A stretch of 61,808 bases of DNA from Acidimicrobiaceae bacterium (GCA_027306925.1 DAHUXW010000065.1:1-61808), one strand, 5' to 3'; numbered from the stretch's first letter, positions 1 to 9,597 are shown. Translations and numbers: made by a program. Notes: a model not told the origin generated them from the sequence alone.

Positions 1-1
1 C

Positions 2-628
2 TACGCCGCCGACACCCCCGAGTTCCTCCGAGGACTATTCGAGCAACTCGCGCCAATTCCGATGCTGCTGGCTTCGGGCAACCACGACTATGTGGGGACG
101 ACGAGCCCCTATCGCACGATCGAGTGGACACCGAACGTCCACGTCTTCACCGAACGGGAACTCTCGCCACTTCACCTCGTCGACGGTCTGACGATCTGGG
201 CAGCGGGTCACGATCGGCCGGCCGACACACCGGGGCTCTTCGACCGAGGATTCCGAGTCGATGGCAGCGACGTGCATCTCGCCCTCTTCCACGGCGCCGA
301 GCGGGGAAGCCTCTTTCTCCAGGAGGATGGCAAGCAGCTACACGCTCCCTTCGACGAGACCCAGGTAGTAGAGGCTGGCTTCGCCTACGCATTTGTTGGT
401 CACTACCACCGCCCACGCGATACTGCGATCCGCACCTACCCCTGCAACCTCGAGCACCTCGCGTTCGGCGAGCGCGGCGAGCGCGGGCTCGCTCTTGCCG
501 AGGTGAGCCATAACGGGATGCATCGATCCGGAGAGGACCAGGCGTTCGTGCGGTACGCGGCGGAGGTGCGGGCACGCCACAAGCCCAAGCGCAACCTCAT
601 GAAGCTTCTCGACCAGAAGGGCTGGTAG
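2..628 (+). CDS. Metallophosphoesterase (SbcD/Mre11-like calcineurin fold), 5' end cut by window edge
   Basis: The frame is open from base 2 (YAADTPEFLRGLFEQLAPIP precedes the listed Met at 62). It carries the LLASGNHD and VGHYH metallophosphoesterase motifs and a TAG stop at 626-628. Confidence 0.7.
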   Translation, partial: YAADTPEFLRGLFEQLAPIPMLLASGNHDYVGTTSPYRTIEWTPNVHVFTERELSPLHLVDGLTIWAAGHDRPADTPGLFDRGFRVDGSDVHLALFHGAERGSLFLQEDGKQLHAPFDETQVVEAGFAYAFVGHYHRPRDTAIRTYPCNLEHLAFGERGERGLALAEVSHNGMHRSGEDQAFVRYAAEVRARHKPKRNLMKLLDQKGW

Positions 629-726
629 GCCGCTGACGTCGTTGTTAGGTCAGGCGGCGGACGTTTCCTGGTCGGGCTACGAAGGATCGGCCGAGACGAG
701 AGGGAGAGGGACTAGAATTCTGGTTC

Positions 727-1014
727 ATGACGACGCTACCGCTGACGGAAGTGAAGGCTCGGCTCTCGGAGATCGCCGAAGAGGTCGCGTCGACCCACGA
801 GCGCGTTCAGATCACCAAGAACGGCCGTGAGTACGTGGTCCTCATCGCCGCGGAAGACCTGGAGTCGATCGAGGCGACGTTGGAGCTCTTGGCCGACCGC
901 GAGGCACAGACGCGCGTCGCGCGCGCGAATGAGGACATCGTGAAGGGAGACGTGCTCGACGAGGAAGCTGTACGTCTGCTGCTCGCGCGAGGCGGTCGGA
1001 GCGTCGCTGAATGA
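727..1014 (+). CDS. Type II antitoxin, Phd/YefM family
   Basis: 95 aa. The N-terminus MTTLPLTEVKARLSEIAEEV...ERVQITKNGREYVVLIAAEDLESIEATLELL is the classic Phd/YefM pattern. It overlaps the downstream toxin gene by 4 nt (ATGA). Confidence 0.85.
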   Translation: MTTLPLTEVKARLSEIAEEVASTHERVQITKNGREYVVLIAAEDLESIEATLELLADREAQTRVARANEDIVKGDVLDEEAVRLLLARGGRSVAE

Positions 1015-1277
1015 GTTTCCGGGTCGTGGTGACCCGGACGGCCGCTCGTCGATTGGCTGAACACCTTCCAGAGGCTATGGCGGCCGCATGCGTCGAGTTC
1101 ATCTTCGGCCCGTTAGCGCAGGAGCCACATCGGGTCGGGGCGCCACTTCGGCCACCCTTCGAGGGCCAGTGGCGGGCACGTCGCGGCGAGTATCGAGTTC
1201 GATATCGGATCGACGAGTCCGTCGGCATCGTTTACGTGATTGACGTGGATCATCGTCGTGACGCCTACCGAAGCTGA
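1011..1277 (+). CDS. Type II toxin, RelE/ParE family
   Basis: 88 aa. The C-terminal RRGEYRVRYRIDESVGIVYVIDVDHRRDAY is RelE/ParE-like. It is translationally coupled to the antitoxin and is followed by stops in all three frames (CTGACCTGACTGACTGG). Confidence 0.8.
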   Translation: MSFRVVVTRTAARRLAEHLPEAMAAACVEFIFGPLAQEPHRVGAPLRPPFEGQWRARRGEYRVRYRIDESVGIVYVIDVDHRRDAYRS

Positions 1278-1412
1278 CCTGACTGACTGGTGTTTGCGGA
1301 GTTCTTCCGCAACGAGCGAGGCACCTGTCGGGGGATCGTGGTGCTGATAGCCGGGGTACACGGATGACTACGAACGAGGAAGCAATACCAGATCGCTGGA
1401 AGCTGGAGCTCG

Positions 1413-3848
1413 ATGTTGTCGGCGCACAGGGCGACGTCTTGCGTGCGGAGATCGCAAAGACGGGTTGAGGATAGGCTGACCTTGGCGGCATCAGGTTCTG
1501 TACGAACTCTCCAAGATGCAGAGCTGCGCGAGCTCCGTCGCGAGCTTGAGCGGCTTCGGAGCGAGAACGATCGCCTGGCGCGACTCGTCGGTCTGGTTGG
1601 TCCGCGTCCCTTGCCCGACGAGGCACCTCGATCCCCACTTTTCGGCGGGTTGCCCGGTGCAGTCGACCATTCCTCTTCGCCAGCGGACAAGGTCACGTTC
1701 TTCCGCCACCTCTTTGCCGGGCGCGAGGACGTCCACGCACTTCGATGGGAGAACGATCGCACGGGTCGTGCCGGATGGACGCCCGCGGTCGAAGGTGGCT
1801 TCCGACGTGGACAGACCAACAGGACGTATCTGCCGCTGACTGACGAGGTCATCACGGCACATCTCGCCGGCTCGATCCACGCTGGGCTCTACCCGCTGAT
1901 GGACGATGACACCTGTCGCCTGCTCGCCTGCGACTTCGACGGACCATTGGCGCTCCTCGATGCACTTGCATACACCAAGGCCGCGCGCTCCTTTGACGTC
2001 CCGACGGCACTCGAGGTCTCCCGCTCTGGCGTGGGAGTCCATGTCTGGACGTTCTTCACCGACGTCGTCGCGGCGACGACTGCTCGGCGAGTCGGCGTGG
2101 GTCTCCTTCGTGAGGCAATCGCCATCCGTGGCGAGCTCGACCTGGACAGCTACGACCGGTTCTTCCCCGCTCAGGACTACCTGCCTACCTCGGGGTCGAT
2201 CGGCAACTTGATTGCGCTGCCGATGCAGGGCGCGTGCCGAAAGCGGGGAACGACCGTCTTCCTCGACTTGGCGACGCTGGAACCTCATCAGGACCAGTTC
2301 GGCTACCTGTCCCACGTGGAGCGTCTCACGCCAAAGCAAGTGGCGGCGCGCGTAGAAGCCATGCGACCGCTGAGCGTCGGACCGAAGGTCCGCCGCCTCC
2401 ACGCCAGTGGGGCGACTCGGATGCATCCACCCGCGCCAGCCGTCATCCGCGCACGCCTCGGTGCAGGGATTTCGCTGGAGCGCGCCGGGTTGCCGCCAGC
2501 GCTGCTCGGTTCGCTCAAGCACGCGGCGTCGCTGCACAACCCGGAGTTCTACAAGCGCGAGAAGCGGCGACTCTCCACCTACGGCGTTCCACGCTTCGTC
2601 CGCTGCTACCACGAGGACCTGGAGTGGCTGCACCTACCCCGCGGCTTGCGGGACGTCGTTCAGGATCTGGTGGCCCAGGCAGGCAGTCGGCTGGAGATAC
2701 TCGACGACCGGCCAGAACCGCCACGCCACGAGTTCTCGTTCAACGCGCAGCTCCTCCCGACCCAGGAGCGCGCGCTGGATGCCATCGCCGAGCACGAGCT
2801 GGGGGTGCTGGAGGCTCCGCCTGGCACGGGAAAGACCGTCGTCGCCTGCGGACTGATTGCCAGAACGGGCTTGCCGACGTTGATCCTGGTCGACCGGACC
2901 GCATTACTCGATCAGTGGCGCGGCCAGGTCGAGGCTCTCCTCGGAGTGAAGCCGGGTCAGCTCGGCGGAGGTCGGCAGCGGCGGACCGGAGTGGTGGACC
3001 TCGCGAGCCTGCAGACGCTCGCTCGCCGGGAGGACGTCGCAGAGCAACTTGCGGGCTATGGCTTGGTCATCGCCGATGAGTGCCACCACCTCCCGGCGGC
3101 GACGTTGGAGCGGGCCGTTCGTCAACTCTCGGCTCGGCGCTGGCTCGGCCTGACAGCCACCCCCTACCGGAGCGACGGTCTCGATCAGATGATCCTCATG
3201 CAGTGCGGTCCGGTGCGCCATCAGATGCGCGCCGAGGCGACGGACGAGCCATCAGGCGAGACATCGACGCGCACCGTCTTGGTGCATCGCACGGCGTTTC
3301 ACCACGACGCCGGCGTCGGTACCAGCGCTCTCGGCGCGATCCAGAAGATCTACGACGCACTCGTTCACGACGAACAGCGCAACGCCGCAATCGCTGGCGA
3401 CATTCAGGACGCACTTCGCCGTGGTCGCCACTGCCTCGTCCTGACCAGCCGGACTGTGCACCTGGAGATCCTCGCCAGTGCGCTGCGGGATGCTGGGCAC
3501 GCACCGATCACGCTCCACGGCAAGTTGGGTGCCAAAGCAAGGCGCGCCGCAGTCGACTCCCTGAAAGTAACCGACGATGGGCCGCCGCTCCTCGCTATCG
3601 CGACCGGCTCCTACATCGGCGAAGGGTTCGACTGTCCCGCGCTCGACACCGTCTTCCTTGTCTTCCCGACGAAGTTCAAAGGACGGGTCGTCCAGTACGT
3701 CGGCCGAGTGCTTCGTCCCTATCCGAGCAAGACCAGCATCGAAGTCCACGACTACGTCGACGCAAGCATGCCGGTCCTCGCCTACACGCACACAGAACGA
3801 TGCGTCGGCTACGCGAGTCTGGGCTTTCCATCGCCGATTGAGCTATAG
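1413..3848 (+). CDS. Archaeo-eukaryotic primase (PrimPol) domain fused to SF2 DEAD/DEAH-box helicase
   Basis: 811 aa. N-terminal coiled coil LRELRRELERLRSENDRLARL. AEP motifs LLACDFDG (DxD), SRSGVGVHVWTFF (sGxH) and LDSYDRFFP. Helicase motifs APPGTGKT, IADECHHL, GLTATPYR and QYVGRVLR. The start codon is uncertain (ATG 1413 or TTG near 1482). Confidence 0.85.
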   Translation: MLSAHRATSCVRRSQRRVEDRLTLAASGSVRTLQDAELRELRRELERLRSENDRLARLVGLVGPRPLPDEAPRSPLFGGLPGAVDHSSSPADKVTFFRHLFAGREDVHALRWENDRTGRAGWTPAVEGGFRRGQTNRTYLPLTDEVITAHLAGSIHAGLYPLMDDDTCRLLACDFDGPLALLDALAYTKAARSFDVPTALEVSRSGVGVHVWTFFTDVVAATTARRVGVGLLREAIAIRGELDLDSYDRFFPAQDYLPTSGSIGNLIALPMQGACRKRGTTVFLDLATLEPHQDQFGYLSHVERLTPKQVAARVEAMRPLSVGPKVRRLHASGATRMHPPAPAVIRARLGAGISLERAGLPPALLGSLKHAASLHNPEFYKREKRRLSTYGVPRFVRCYHEDLEWLHLPRGLRDVVQDLVAQAGSRLEILDDRPEPPRHEFSFNAQLLPTQERALDAIAEHELGVLEAPPGTGKTVVACGLIARTGLPTLILVDRTALLDQWRGQVEALLGVKPGQLGGGRQRRTGVVDLASLQTLARREDVAEQLAGYGLVIADECHHLPAATLERAVRQLSARRWLGLTATPYRSDGLDQMILMQCGPVRHQMRAEATDEPSGETSTRTVLVHRTAFHHDAGVGTSALGAIQKIYDALVHDEQRNAAIAGDIQDALRRGRHCLVLTSRTVHLEILASALRDAGHAPITLHGKLGAKARRAAVDSLKVTDDGPPLLAIATGSYIGEGFDCPALDTVFLVFPTKFKGRVVQYVGRVLRPYPSKTSIEVHDYVDASMPVLAYTHTERCVGYASLGFPSPIEL

Positions 3849-4087
3849 GCCGGGACGATCATTGCTGGATGGCGCGTCAAGGGTCAGCCGTGCACCGAGA
3901 CGCACCACTCGACGGAGGACCGGACCTGCTCCTGCCGGGGGCACCAATTTCTGCAAACTGATCTGTGACGGTTCGGTTGCGACGAGCCTCGACGAATGGC
4001 GTCCCATCTCCGGCGTCTCTCCTGGCAGCGCACCTAGCTTCCCGGGGCCTCCGCGCCGTGCGAATACCGGAGGCTGTCACGGACCGG

Positions 4088-5149
4088 ATGGACCGCGGAC
4101 AGTTCTTCGACCGGTTGGCCGTACTCGACGAGGAGCACCTGAAGAAGGCGCTTTGGAACCTGTACTGGCGTGGCACCGCCGCGGTGCGCCAACGCATCGA
4201 AGCCGAGCTCGATCCCGCCGATCCCCGCCGCCGTCCGGTCGAGGCCGAGATGGTCGATCCGCAGTGGACGCTCGACGCGGCGCGCGAGTTCGTCGAGCTG
4301 GCACGGTCGGGCGCCTACCTCGCCGGTGATCGCCGGGTCACGCCACGTGAGCGCACACGCTGGCGCTTCACCTTCCAGCGACTCGTGAAAGACGTCGAGC
4401 TCACCCTTCGCGACCACGACATCGCGGACGGCGCCGCGGCGATGGCGCTGCTCCTCGACCTCGCCCAGGAGATGCCGCACTACGACTACTTCCGCTCCGA
4501 GGACCCGATCGAAGCCGCCCGGATTGTCGTGTCGGAGGAAGTGGCGCTGCTGTGGTCACGGGTCCAGGACCAGCTCGGCTTCGACGAGCTCGCCCGTTCG
4601 GCCGCGCCCCAGCTCGTGCGCTGGGAGTCCGAGCACGGATGGACCCGCACGGGCTTCGGCCGCGTTCGGGAGAAGGAGACCTCGCTCGCCGCGGTCCTCG
4701 AGCGCATGCTCACGGCGCCCGACATGTGGGTCACCTTCGCCGATCAGTACCTGGAAGCACTCGACGCCGTCGCCGCCGGGGGCGCCGCGACGACCCGGCA
4801 CGGCCGGCACTCCCCCGACCGTGGCCGTGAGCAGCGAGCGGACGACCTCGCCGAGTGGCACCTCGTGCTCCTCGACCGGCTGTCCGGGGGTGACGCCGAA
4901 GACCGCCTCGACCGGCTCGCCGGGCACCCCGCCCTCGGCGGGCCGGACCTCACTTACTTCCAGGCGCGGCTCGCCCATCGGCGGGGCGAGCAGGCAGCGG
5001 CGCGCCGCCTGGTGAGCGAGTCGCTCGAACGGCTGCCCGGGCACCGGGACTACCTCGGATTCGCGAACGAGATCGGCGCGCCGCTCCCGGCTGATGCCGA
5101 GGAGGCCAACCGCTCCCGGTTCCGGAGGCTCATGTCGGAGGACGGGTGA
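4088..5149 (+). CDS. Hypothetical all-helical protein, no family recognised
   Basis: The ORF is open from 3965; the first ATG with plausible context is at 4088 (MDRGQFFDRLAVLDEEHLKKALWNLYWRG). Composition is native-like, with a TPR-like C-terminal stretch (DLTYFQARLAHRRGEQAAARRLV). It follows the PrimPol-helicase on the same strand. Confidence 0.6.
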   Translation: MDRGQFFDRLAVLDEEHLKKALWNLYWRGTAAVRQRIEAELDPADPRRRPVEAEMVDPQWTLDAAREFVELARSGAYLAGDRRVTPRERTRWRFTFQRLVKDVELTLRDHDIADGAAAMALLLDLAQEMPHYDYFRSEDPIEAARIVVSEEVALLWSRVQDQLGFDELARSAAPQLVRWESEHGWTRTGFGRVREKETSLAAVLERMLTAPDMWVTFADQYLEALDAVAAGGAATTRHGRHSPDRGREQRADDLAEWHLVLLDRLSGGDAEDRLDRLAGHPALGGPDLTYFQARLAHRRGEQAAARRLVSESLERLPGHRDYLGFANEIGAPLPADAEEANRSRFRRLMSEDG

Positions 5150-5326
5150 GCGGGTAGCGACGACTTGCCGCGCCGAGGTCGCGGCGCGCACGTGCCCCTG
5201 CATATGACGCGTGGGGCAGCCCGCAGCGAGAAACCGAGACCCGGTGCTGCGAAACCACATGAGCAGTAGTGCATTTCCACGACAACTTGATTGCGTTTCC
5301 ACGAGTTGGTCGATACGCTGCAGCAC

Positions 5327-6574
5327 GTGGAGCTCGTCCCGCGCCACGCGGCGTCGCAGCTCGAGGAGATCCTGTCCGACACTCCGATCGCCGTCGTCCA
5401 AGGAGCGCGCCAGGTCGGCAAGAGCACCCTCGTCCAGGACGTGCTGGCTCGTCGCACCAGTCGGTACGTGTCGCTCGACGACGCCAACCAGCGGGCCGCA
5501 GCAGCAGCAGATCCGGTCACCTTCGTCGAGCAGTTCCCCGGCGGCTGCCTGGGGATCGACGAGGTGCAGCGCGCTCCCGAGCTCATGCTCGCCCTGAAGA
5601 CCGCGGTCGACCGGGACCGACGCCCGGGACGGTTCCTGCTCACCGGCTCGGCGAACCTCTTGCGCCTTCCAGCGATGGAGGACAGCCTGGCCGGCCGGGC
5701 TGAGAGCGTCGAGCTGTTCGGGCTTTCTCAGGGCGAGCGCGCCGGCCACCTCGAGCGGTTCGTCGACCGCGCCTTCGAGGGAGACCTCTTCCTCGACGCC
5801 CCCGGCATCCTCGGTCGGGCCGGCTACCTCGCGCTCGTCTGCGAGGGTGGCTACCCCGAAGCAATCGCCCGCTCGAGCCCTCGCCGTCGAGCGGCCTGGT
5901 TCGACAACTACGCGACCCGCATCGTCACCCGCGACGCCTCCGACATCGCCCAACTCCGCCACCTCGGCGATCTGCCGACCCTGCTCCGTTTGCTCGCCGC
6001 GCACACGGCCTCGAGCGTCACCAAGGCGACCCTTGCGCGGGAGTCCGGCATCCCCGAAACGACCCTCCCGCCGTACCTGGACCTCCTGGAGACCCTCTAC
6101 CTCGTGCAGCGCGTCGCTGCCTGGTCGAACAACCCGGCTGGCCGGGTAGCCAAGGCAGCGAAGCTCGCCCTGCTCGACAGCGGGCTGGCGGCCCGGATGC
6201 TCAACGTCTCGGCCGCCTCGCTGGCCGCGGGCATGCATCCCGACCCGGCTGGACACCTCGTTGAGACCTTCGTGCTGGCCGAGCTGCGCAAACAGATTCC
6301 CCATAGCGACACCAGGCCGACGCTGCTCCACTGGCGCGACCGCACTGGACCCGAGGTCGACGCCGTGCTCGAGGCCCCGGACGGGCGCGTCGTCGCGCTC
6401 GAGGTCAAGGCCGCGGCTACCCTCGGTGCCACCGACTTTAGGTGGCTCACGTTGCTACGCGACAGGGTCCCTCGCCGCTTCGCCGGTGGGTTTGTCTTGT
6501 ACGCCGGTCGGGACCCGTTGCCCTGGGGTGACCGCCTTGCTGGCGTGCCGCTCTCGACGCTCTGGACTGCGTAA
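5327..6574 (+). CDS. AAA-family ATPase with DUF4143-type C-terminal domain
   Basis: Walker A GARQVGKST, Walker B-like CLGIDEVQ, LLTGSANLL, and a C-terminal region typical of the COG1373/DUF4143 architecture. The ORF is open from TTG 5291; GTG 5327 gives the usual (M)ELVPRH... N-terminus. Confidence 0.75.
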   Translation: MELVPRHAASQLEEILSDTPIAVVQGARQVGKSTLVQDVLARRTSRYVSLDDANQRAAAAADPVTFVEQFPGGCLGIDEVQRAPELMLALKTAVDRDRRPGRFLLTGSANLLRLPAMEDSLAGRAESVELFGLSQGERAGHLERFVDRAFEGDLFLDAPGILGRAGYLALVCEGGYPEAIARSSPRRRAAWFDNYATRIVTRDASDIAQLRHLGDLPTLLRLLAAHTASSVTKATLARESGIPETTLPPYLDLLETLYLVQRVAAWSNNPAGRVAKAAKLALLDSGLAARMLNVSAASLAAGMHPDPAGHLVETFVLAELRKQIPHSDTRPTLLHWRDRTGPEVDAVLEAPDGRVVALEVKAAATLGATDFRWLTLLRDRVPRRFAGGFVLYAGRDPLPWGDRLAGVPLSTLWTA

Positions 6575-6800
6575 CAGGACGCCGGCCAGACCAGGAGCCC
6601 ACGGCTTCTACCGGAGCGCGACGTCGCTAGCGATGATCGGGAGTCGCGACACTGCTTCTCGTGCCGTTTCCCTCGCTGTTGCTTTCCTGCCGGGGGCACC
6701 AGAGTGAGTCCTCCGCAGCTCGTAGGCATCTTCGAGGGTGTGTTGTGACATCGCCCCCGGGCACGGCATTCTGAGGGCGTCGAAGGAGCCGAAAGGTTTA

Positions 6801-8687
6801 GGCACACGAGTTTTGACTGACCTGGTTTGTCTGGCGAGGATGTAGGCGTGTACCTGCGTGAGTCGAGTCGGCGGAACAAGGACGGCTCGAAGGTCACCTA
6901 CCTCCAGCTCGCCCACAACGAGCGCCACCCGGTCACCGGCTCACCGGTCGCGAAGGTCATCCACAACTTCGGCCGCAAGGACAAGGTCGACAAGGAGGCG
7001 CTCGCCCGCCTCGTCTCATCGATCAGCCGGATCCTCGATCTGCCGATGACCGAGTCGTCGGTCGCGTCGAGCGGCATCGAGATCGTCGACTCCCGTCGCC
7101 TCGGTGGTGCGTTCGTGCTCGATGAGCTGTGGAGCCGGCTCGGCATCGCAGATGCGCTTCGGTCGGTCGCGACCGGGCGTCGCCTCGACGGGGATCTCGT
7201 CGAGCGGATCTGCTTCGCGCTCGTCGCCCAACGGTGCCTGGAGCCGGCGTCCAAGCTGGCAGCCGTCCAATGGGTGCGCGAGCGGGTAGCCATCGCCGAC
7301 TGCCCGGACTTCGACGATCAGGCCGCGTACGCGGCGATGGACTTCTTGTTGGCCGCGTTGCCCGAGATCGCGGAACAGATCTTCTCCACCACGGCCAACC
7401 TGTTGAACCTGTCCTGCGACATCATCTTCGTCGACACCTCCTCCACCTACTTCGAGACCGACGTTGCCGACGGCGAGATCGACCTCGACCTCGCGACGAG
7501 CGCGGAGGAGAAGCTGGCCGAGCAGAGGTCGGGGACCGACGGCTCCGGACCCGAGGAGCAGGCGATCCGCCGGTTCAACAAGCGCTCGAAGGAAAACCAC
7601 CGGCCCGATCTTCCCCAGGTCGTCCTCGGCATGGCGGTCACCGTCGAGGGCGTGCCGGTGCGGTGCTGGACGTTCCCGGGCAACACCTCGGACCAGGCGA
7701 TCATCCGCACGATCGAGGACGACCTCTCGGGGTGGATGCTCAACCGGGTCGTGTGGGTGGCCGACCGGGGCTTCAACTCGCTCGCCAACCGGGCCTACCT
7801 CCAGAACGGCGGCGGCCACTACGTGGTGGCCGAGAAGCTCCGCAACGCGAGCGGCGAGGTGAGGGCAGCGCTCGCCCGCCCCGGCCGCTACCACGTCGCG
7901 GCGGGCAACCTCGAGGTGAAGGAGGTCGTCGTCGGCGACGGCGAGCGCCGGCAGCGCTTCGTCGTCTGTCACAACCCCGAGGCCGCCGCGCGTGACCGAC
8001 AGGTCCGGGCCAACCTCGTCGCCTACCTCACCACCCAGATCGCAGGCACCGACGAGTGGACGAGGTCGAGGCGGGACGAGCTGGCCGGACGGCTCCGGAC
8101 CACGCCGGCGCTGTGGCGCCTCGTGCGTCGGCTCTCCGACGGCGAGTTCCGCATCGACAAGGCGGCCATCGCACGCGAGGCGAAGCTCGACGGCACGTGG
8201 CTGCTGGGAACGAGCGACGACAGCCTCACGCCCACCGACCTCGCCCTCGCCTACGAGCAGCTCCTCGAGGTCGAGCGCGGCTGGCGGGACATGTTGGGCG
8301 CGCTCGGCCTTCGTCCCGTCTTCCACCACCGCGAGGACCGGATCCGAAGCCACGTCCAGCTCTGCTGGCTCGGGCTCCTTCTCATCCGCGTGATCGAGAA
8401 CGCGACGGGTGACACCTGGTGCAACGTCCGCAACGAGCTCGACCGGATGCACCTCGTCACCATGGAGAGCACCGAAGGTCGAGTGGCTCAACGCACGAGC
8501 ACCACCCCGGCTCAGGCCGAGATCCTCGCCAAGCTGGAGATCGCCGAGCCCGGCCGCTTCCTCGACTTCACGCTGCCGACGCCCTCCGCGTAGTCCCTGG
8601 TCGCAGGCTCGCGTAGTAACACGCCGCCGACGTCCCCTCGCGGCCGTTCTCCCTGTTCACCAGCCATTTCCGGGGGTGTCGTGTGCC
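6801..8687 (+). mobile_element. IS1634-family insertion sequence (boundaries tentative)
   Basis: Single transposase ORF. The only terminal inverted repeat I could find is 9 bp: GGCACACGA at 6801-6809 versus its reverse complement at 8679-8687. No clear target-site duplication was seen. Confidence 0.35.
6827..8593 (+). CDS. IS1634-family (IS4 superfamily) DDE transposase
   Basis: The N-terminus YLRESSRRNKDGSKVTYLQLAHNERHPVTG is characteristic of IS1634 transposases. Catalytic-region motifs FVDTSSTYFE and VWVADRGF are present. The likely true start is GTG 6848. Confidence 0.85.
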   Translation: MSGEDVGVYLRESSRRNKDGSKVTYLQLAHNERHPVTGSPVAKVIHNFGRKDKVDKEALARLVSSISRILDLPMTESSVASSGIEIVDSRRLGGAFVLDELWSRLGIADALRSVATGRRLDGDLVERICFALVAQRCLEPASKLAAVQWVRERVAIADCPDFDDQAAYAAMDFLLAALPEIAEQIFSTTANLLNLSCDIIFVDTSSTYFETDVADGEIDLDLATSAEEKLAEQRSGTDGSGPEEQAIRRFNKRSKENHRPDLPQVVLGMAVTVEGVPVRCWTFPGNTSDQAIIRTIEDDLSGWMLNRVVWVADRGFNSLANRAYLQNGGGHYVVAEKLRNASGEVRAALARPGRYHVAAGNLEVKEVVVGDGERRQRFVVCHNPEAAARDRQVRANLVAYLTTQIAGTDEWTRSRRDELAGRLRTTPALWRLVRRLSDGEFRIDKAAIAREAKLDGTWLLGTSDDSLTPTDLALAYEQLLEVERGWRDMLGALGLRPVFHHREDRIRSHVQLCWLGLLLIRVIENATGDTWCNVRNELDRMHLVTMESTEGRVAQRTSTTPAQAEILAKLEIAEPGRFLDFTLPTPSA

Positions 8688-8689
8688 CA

Positions 8690-9037
8690 TCATCTGCGGA
8701 AGTCCGGCCAGCCGGGGGATCGGCGAGCAAGTGCCGGAGCACGACCACGCGAGTCTTCCGGGTAAGTAGTCCCGCCACGATGGAAGCGCCGGGGCGAGGT
8801 GAAGACGATGCCTGCGTGGTGCTCGCCTGTCGCCGCCCACATCTGCACGATGCGACTGAGGTCCCCCACGTCCTCCGTCACGAGCACCCGCTTCTCGGCC
8901 ACCGCAAAGCGGAGGAGATCCTCGTCGGCCGTCGTCGCCAGGCGGATGTCGCCAGCCGCCGCCAGCACGTCGTCGCCTTCTTGTCGGAGGCGATCAGCGG
9001 CACGTCTCGAGTGGTGGGCGTCGAGCAGCAGCTTCGT
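8690..9037 (-). pseudogene. DUF5615-family PIN-like toxin lacking a canonical start codon
   Basis: The frame reads (T)KLLLDAHHSRRAADRLRQEGDDVLAAAGDIRLATTADEDLLRFAVAEKRVLVTEDVGDL...HHAGIVF, matching the DUF5615 pattern. The homologous N-terminus begins at ACG (9035-9037). The first usable start is the internal GTG at 8968. Confidence 0.5.
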
Positions 9038-9459
9038 CCAGCGAGCAGCCGTTGGCGGCGCCGCCAGACGGCCTCCGCCTCGTCGGCGGCGGCAACGTCG
9101 GCAGCGATCCAGGCGTCGATCTCACCCGGAAAGGCCGCGCAGCAGTCGAGCGTCGCATCGACCTGTGCCGCCGTCAGACCGAAGACCTCGACGGCCCGGG
9201 CCATTCGATCTGCGACCGGAACGTCATCGCCGACGGCGCCGCCCACGACTTCCCACACGTCGGGACCACCGGCGAAGCCGGCAGGACGACCGGCCGGGCC
9301 GTCACGAAAGACGATGCCCGGGTGGGTGCGGAGGCGGAGCCCCCCGTCGATCGGCTCTTCGGCGAGCGCCGACGCAGAGAGCCTGCGTGCCGTCGCCTCG
9401 ACCTTCAACCGATCGACGACGTCCGCATGGTGGAAGCGGACGGATGGCGGATGCGCCAT
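8878..9459 (-). CDS. DUF433-domain antitoxin-like protein, reading through its expected stop
   Basis: THPGIVFRDGPAGRPAGFAGGPDVWEVV plus VFGLTAAQVDATLDCCAAF is the DUF433 pattern. The homologous part ends near ...RRRQRLLAG (about 9038). The ORF then runs on into the toxin gene in another frame. Confidence 0.6.
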   Translation of the reverse strand: MAHPPSVRFHHADVVDRLKVEATARRLSASALAEEPIDGGLRLRTHPGIVFRDGPAGRPAGFAGGPDVWEVVGGAVGDDVPVADRMARAVEVFGLTAAQVDATLDCCAAFPGEIDAWIAADVAAADEAEAVWRRRQRLLAGRSCCSTPTTRDVPLIASDKKATTCWRRLATSAWRRRPTRISSALRWPRSGCS

Positions 9460-9597
9460 GACTACATCGTCGTCAACCCAGCGTGGCCCTCGGATCGTCG
9501 GAGCGGTGCTCCGGGTCCGTCGGGTGCCTGTTCCAGCCGGCGCCCGCGTCGCCGGAGGCAGCCTCGTGACGTCGCGCGGGCCACGCCGACCTCCGGG

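Noticed and set aside
6608-6750. 47-aa minus-strand ORF (MSQHTLEDAYELRRTHSGAPGRKATARETAREAVSRLPIIASDVALR) left of the IS
   Set aside because: There is no Shine-Dalgarno, no recognisable family and no partner gene. It could be a remnant, and support is too weak to annotate.
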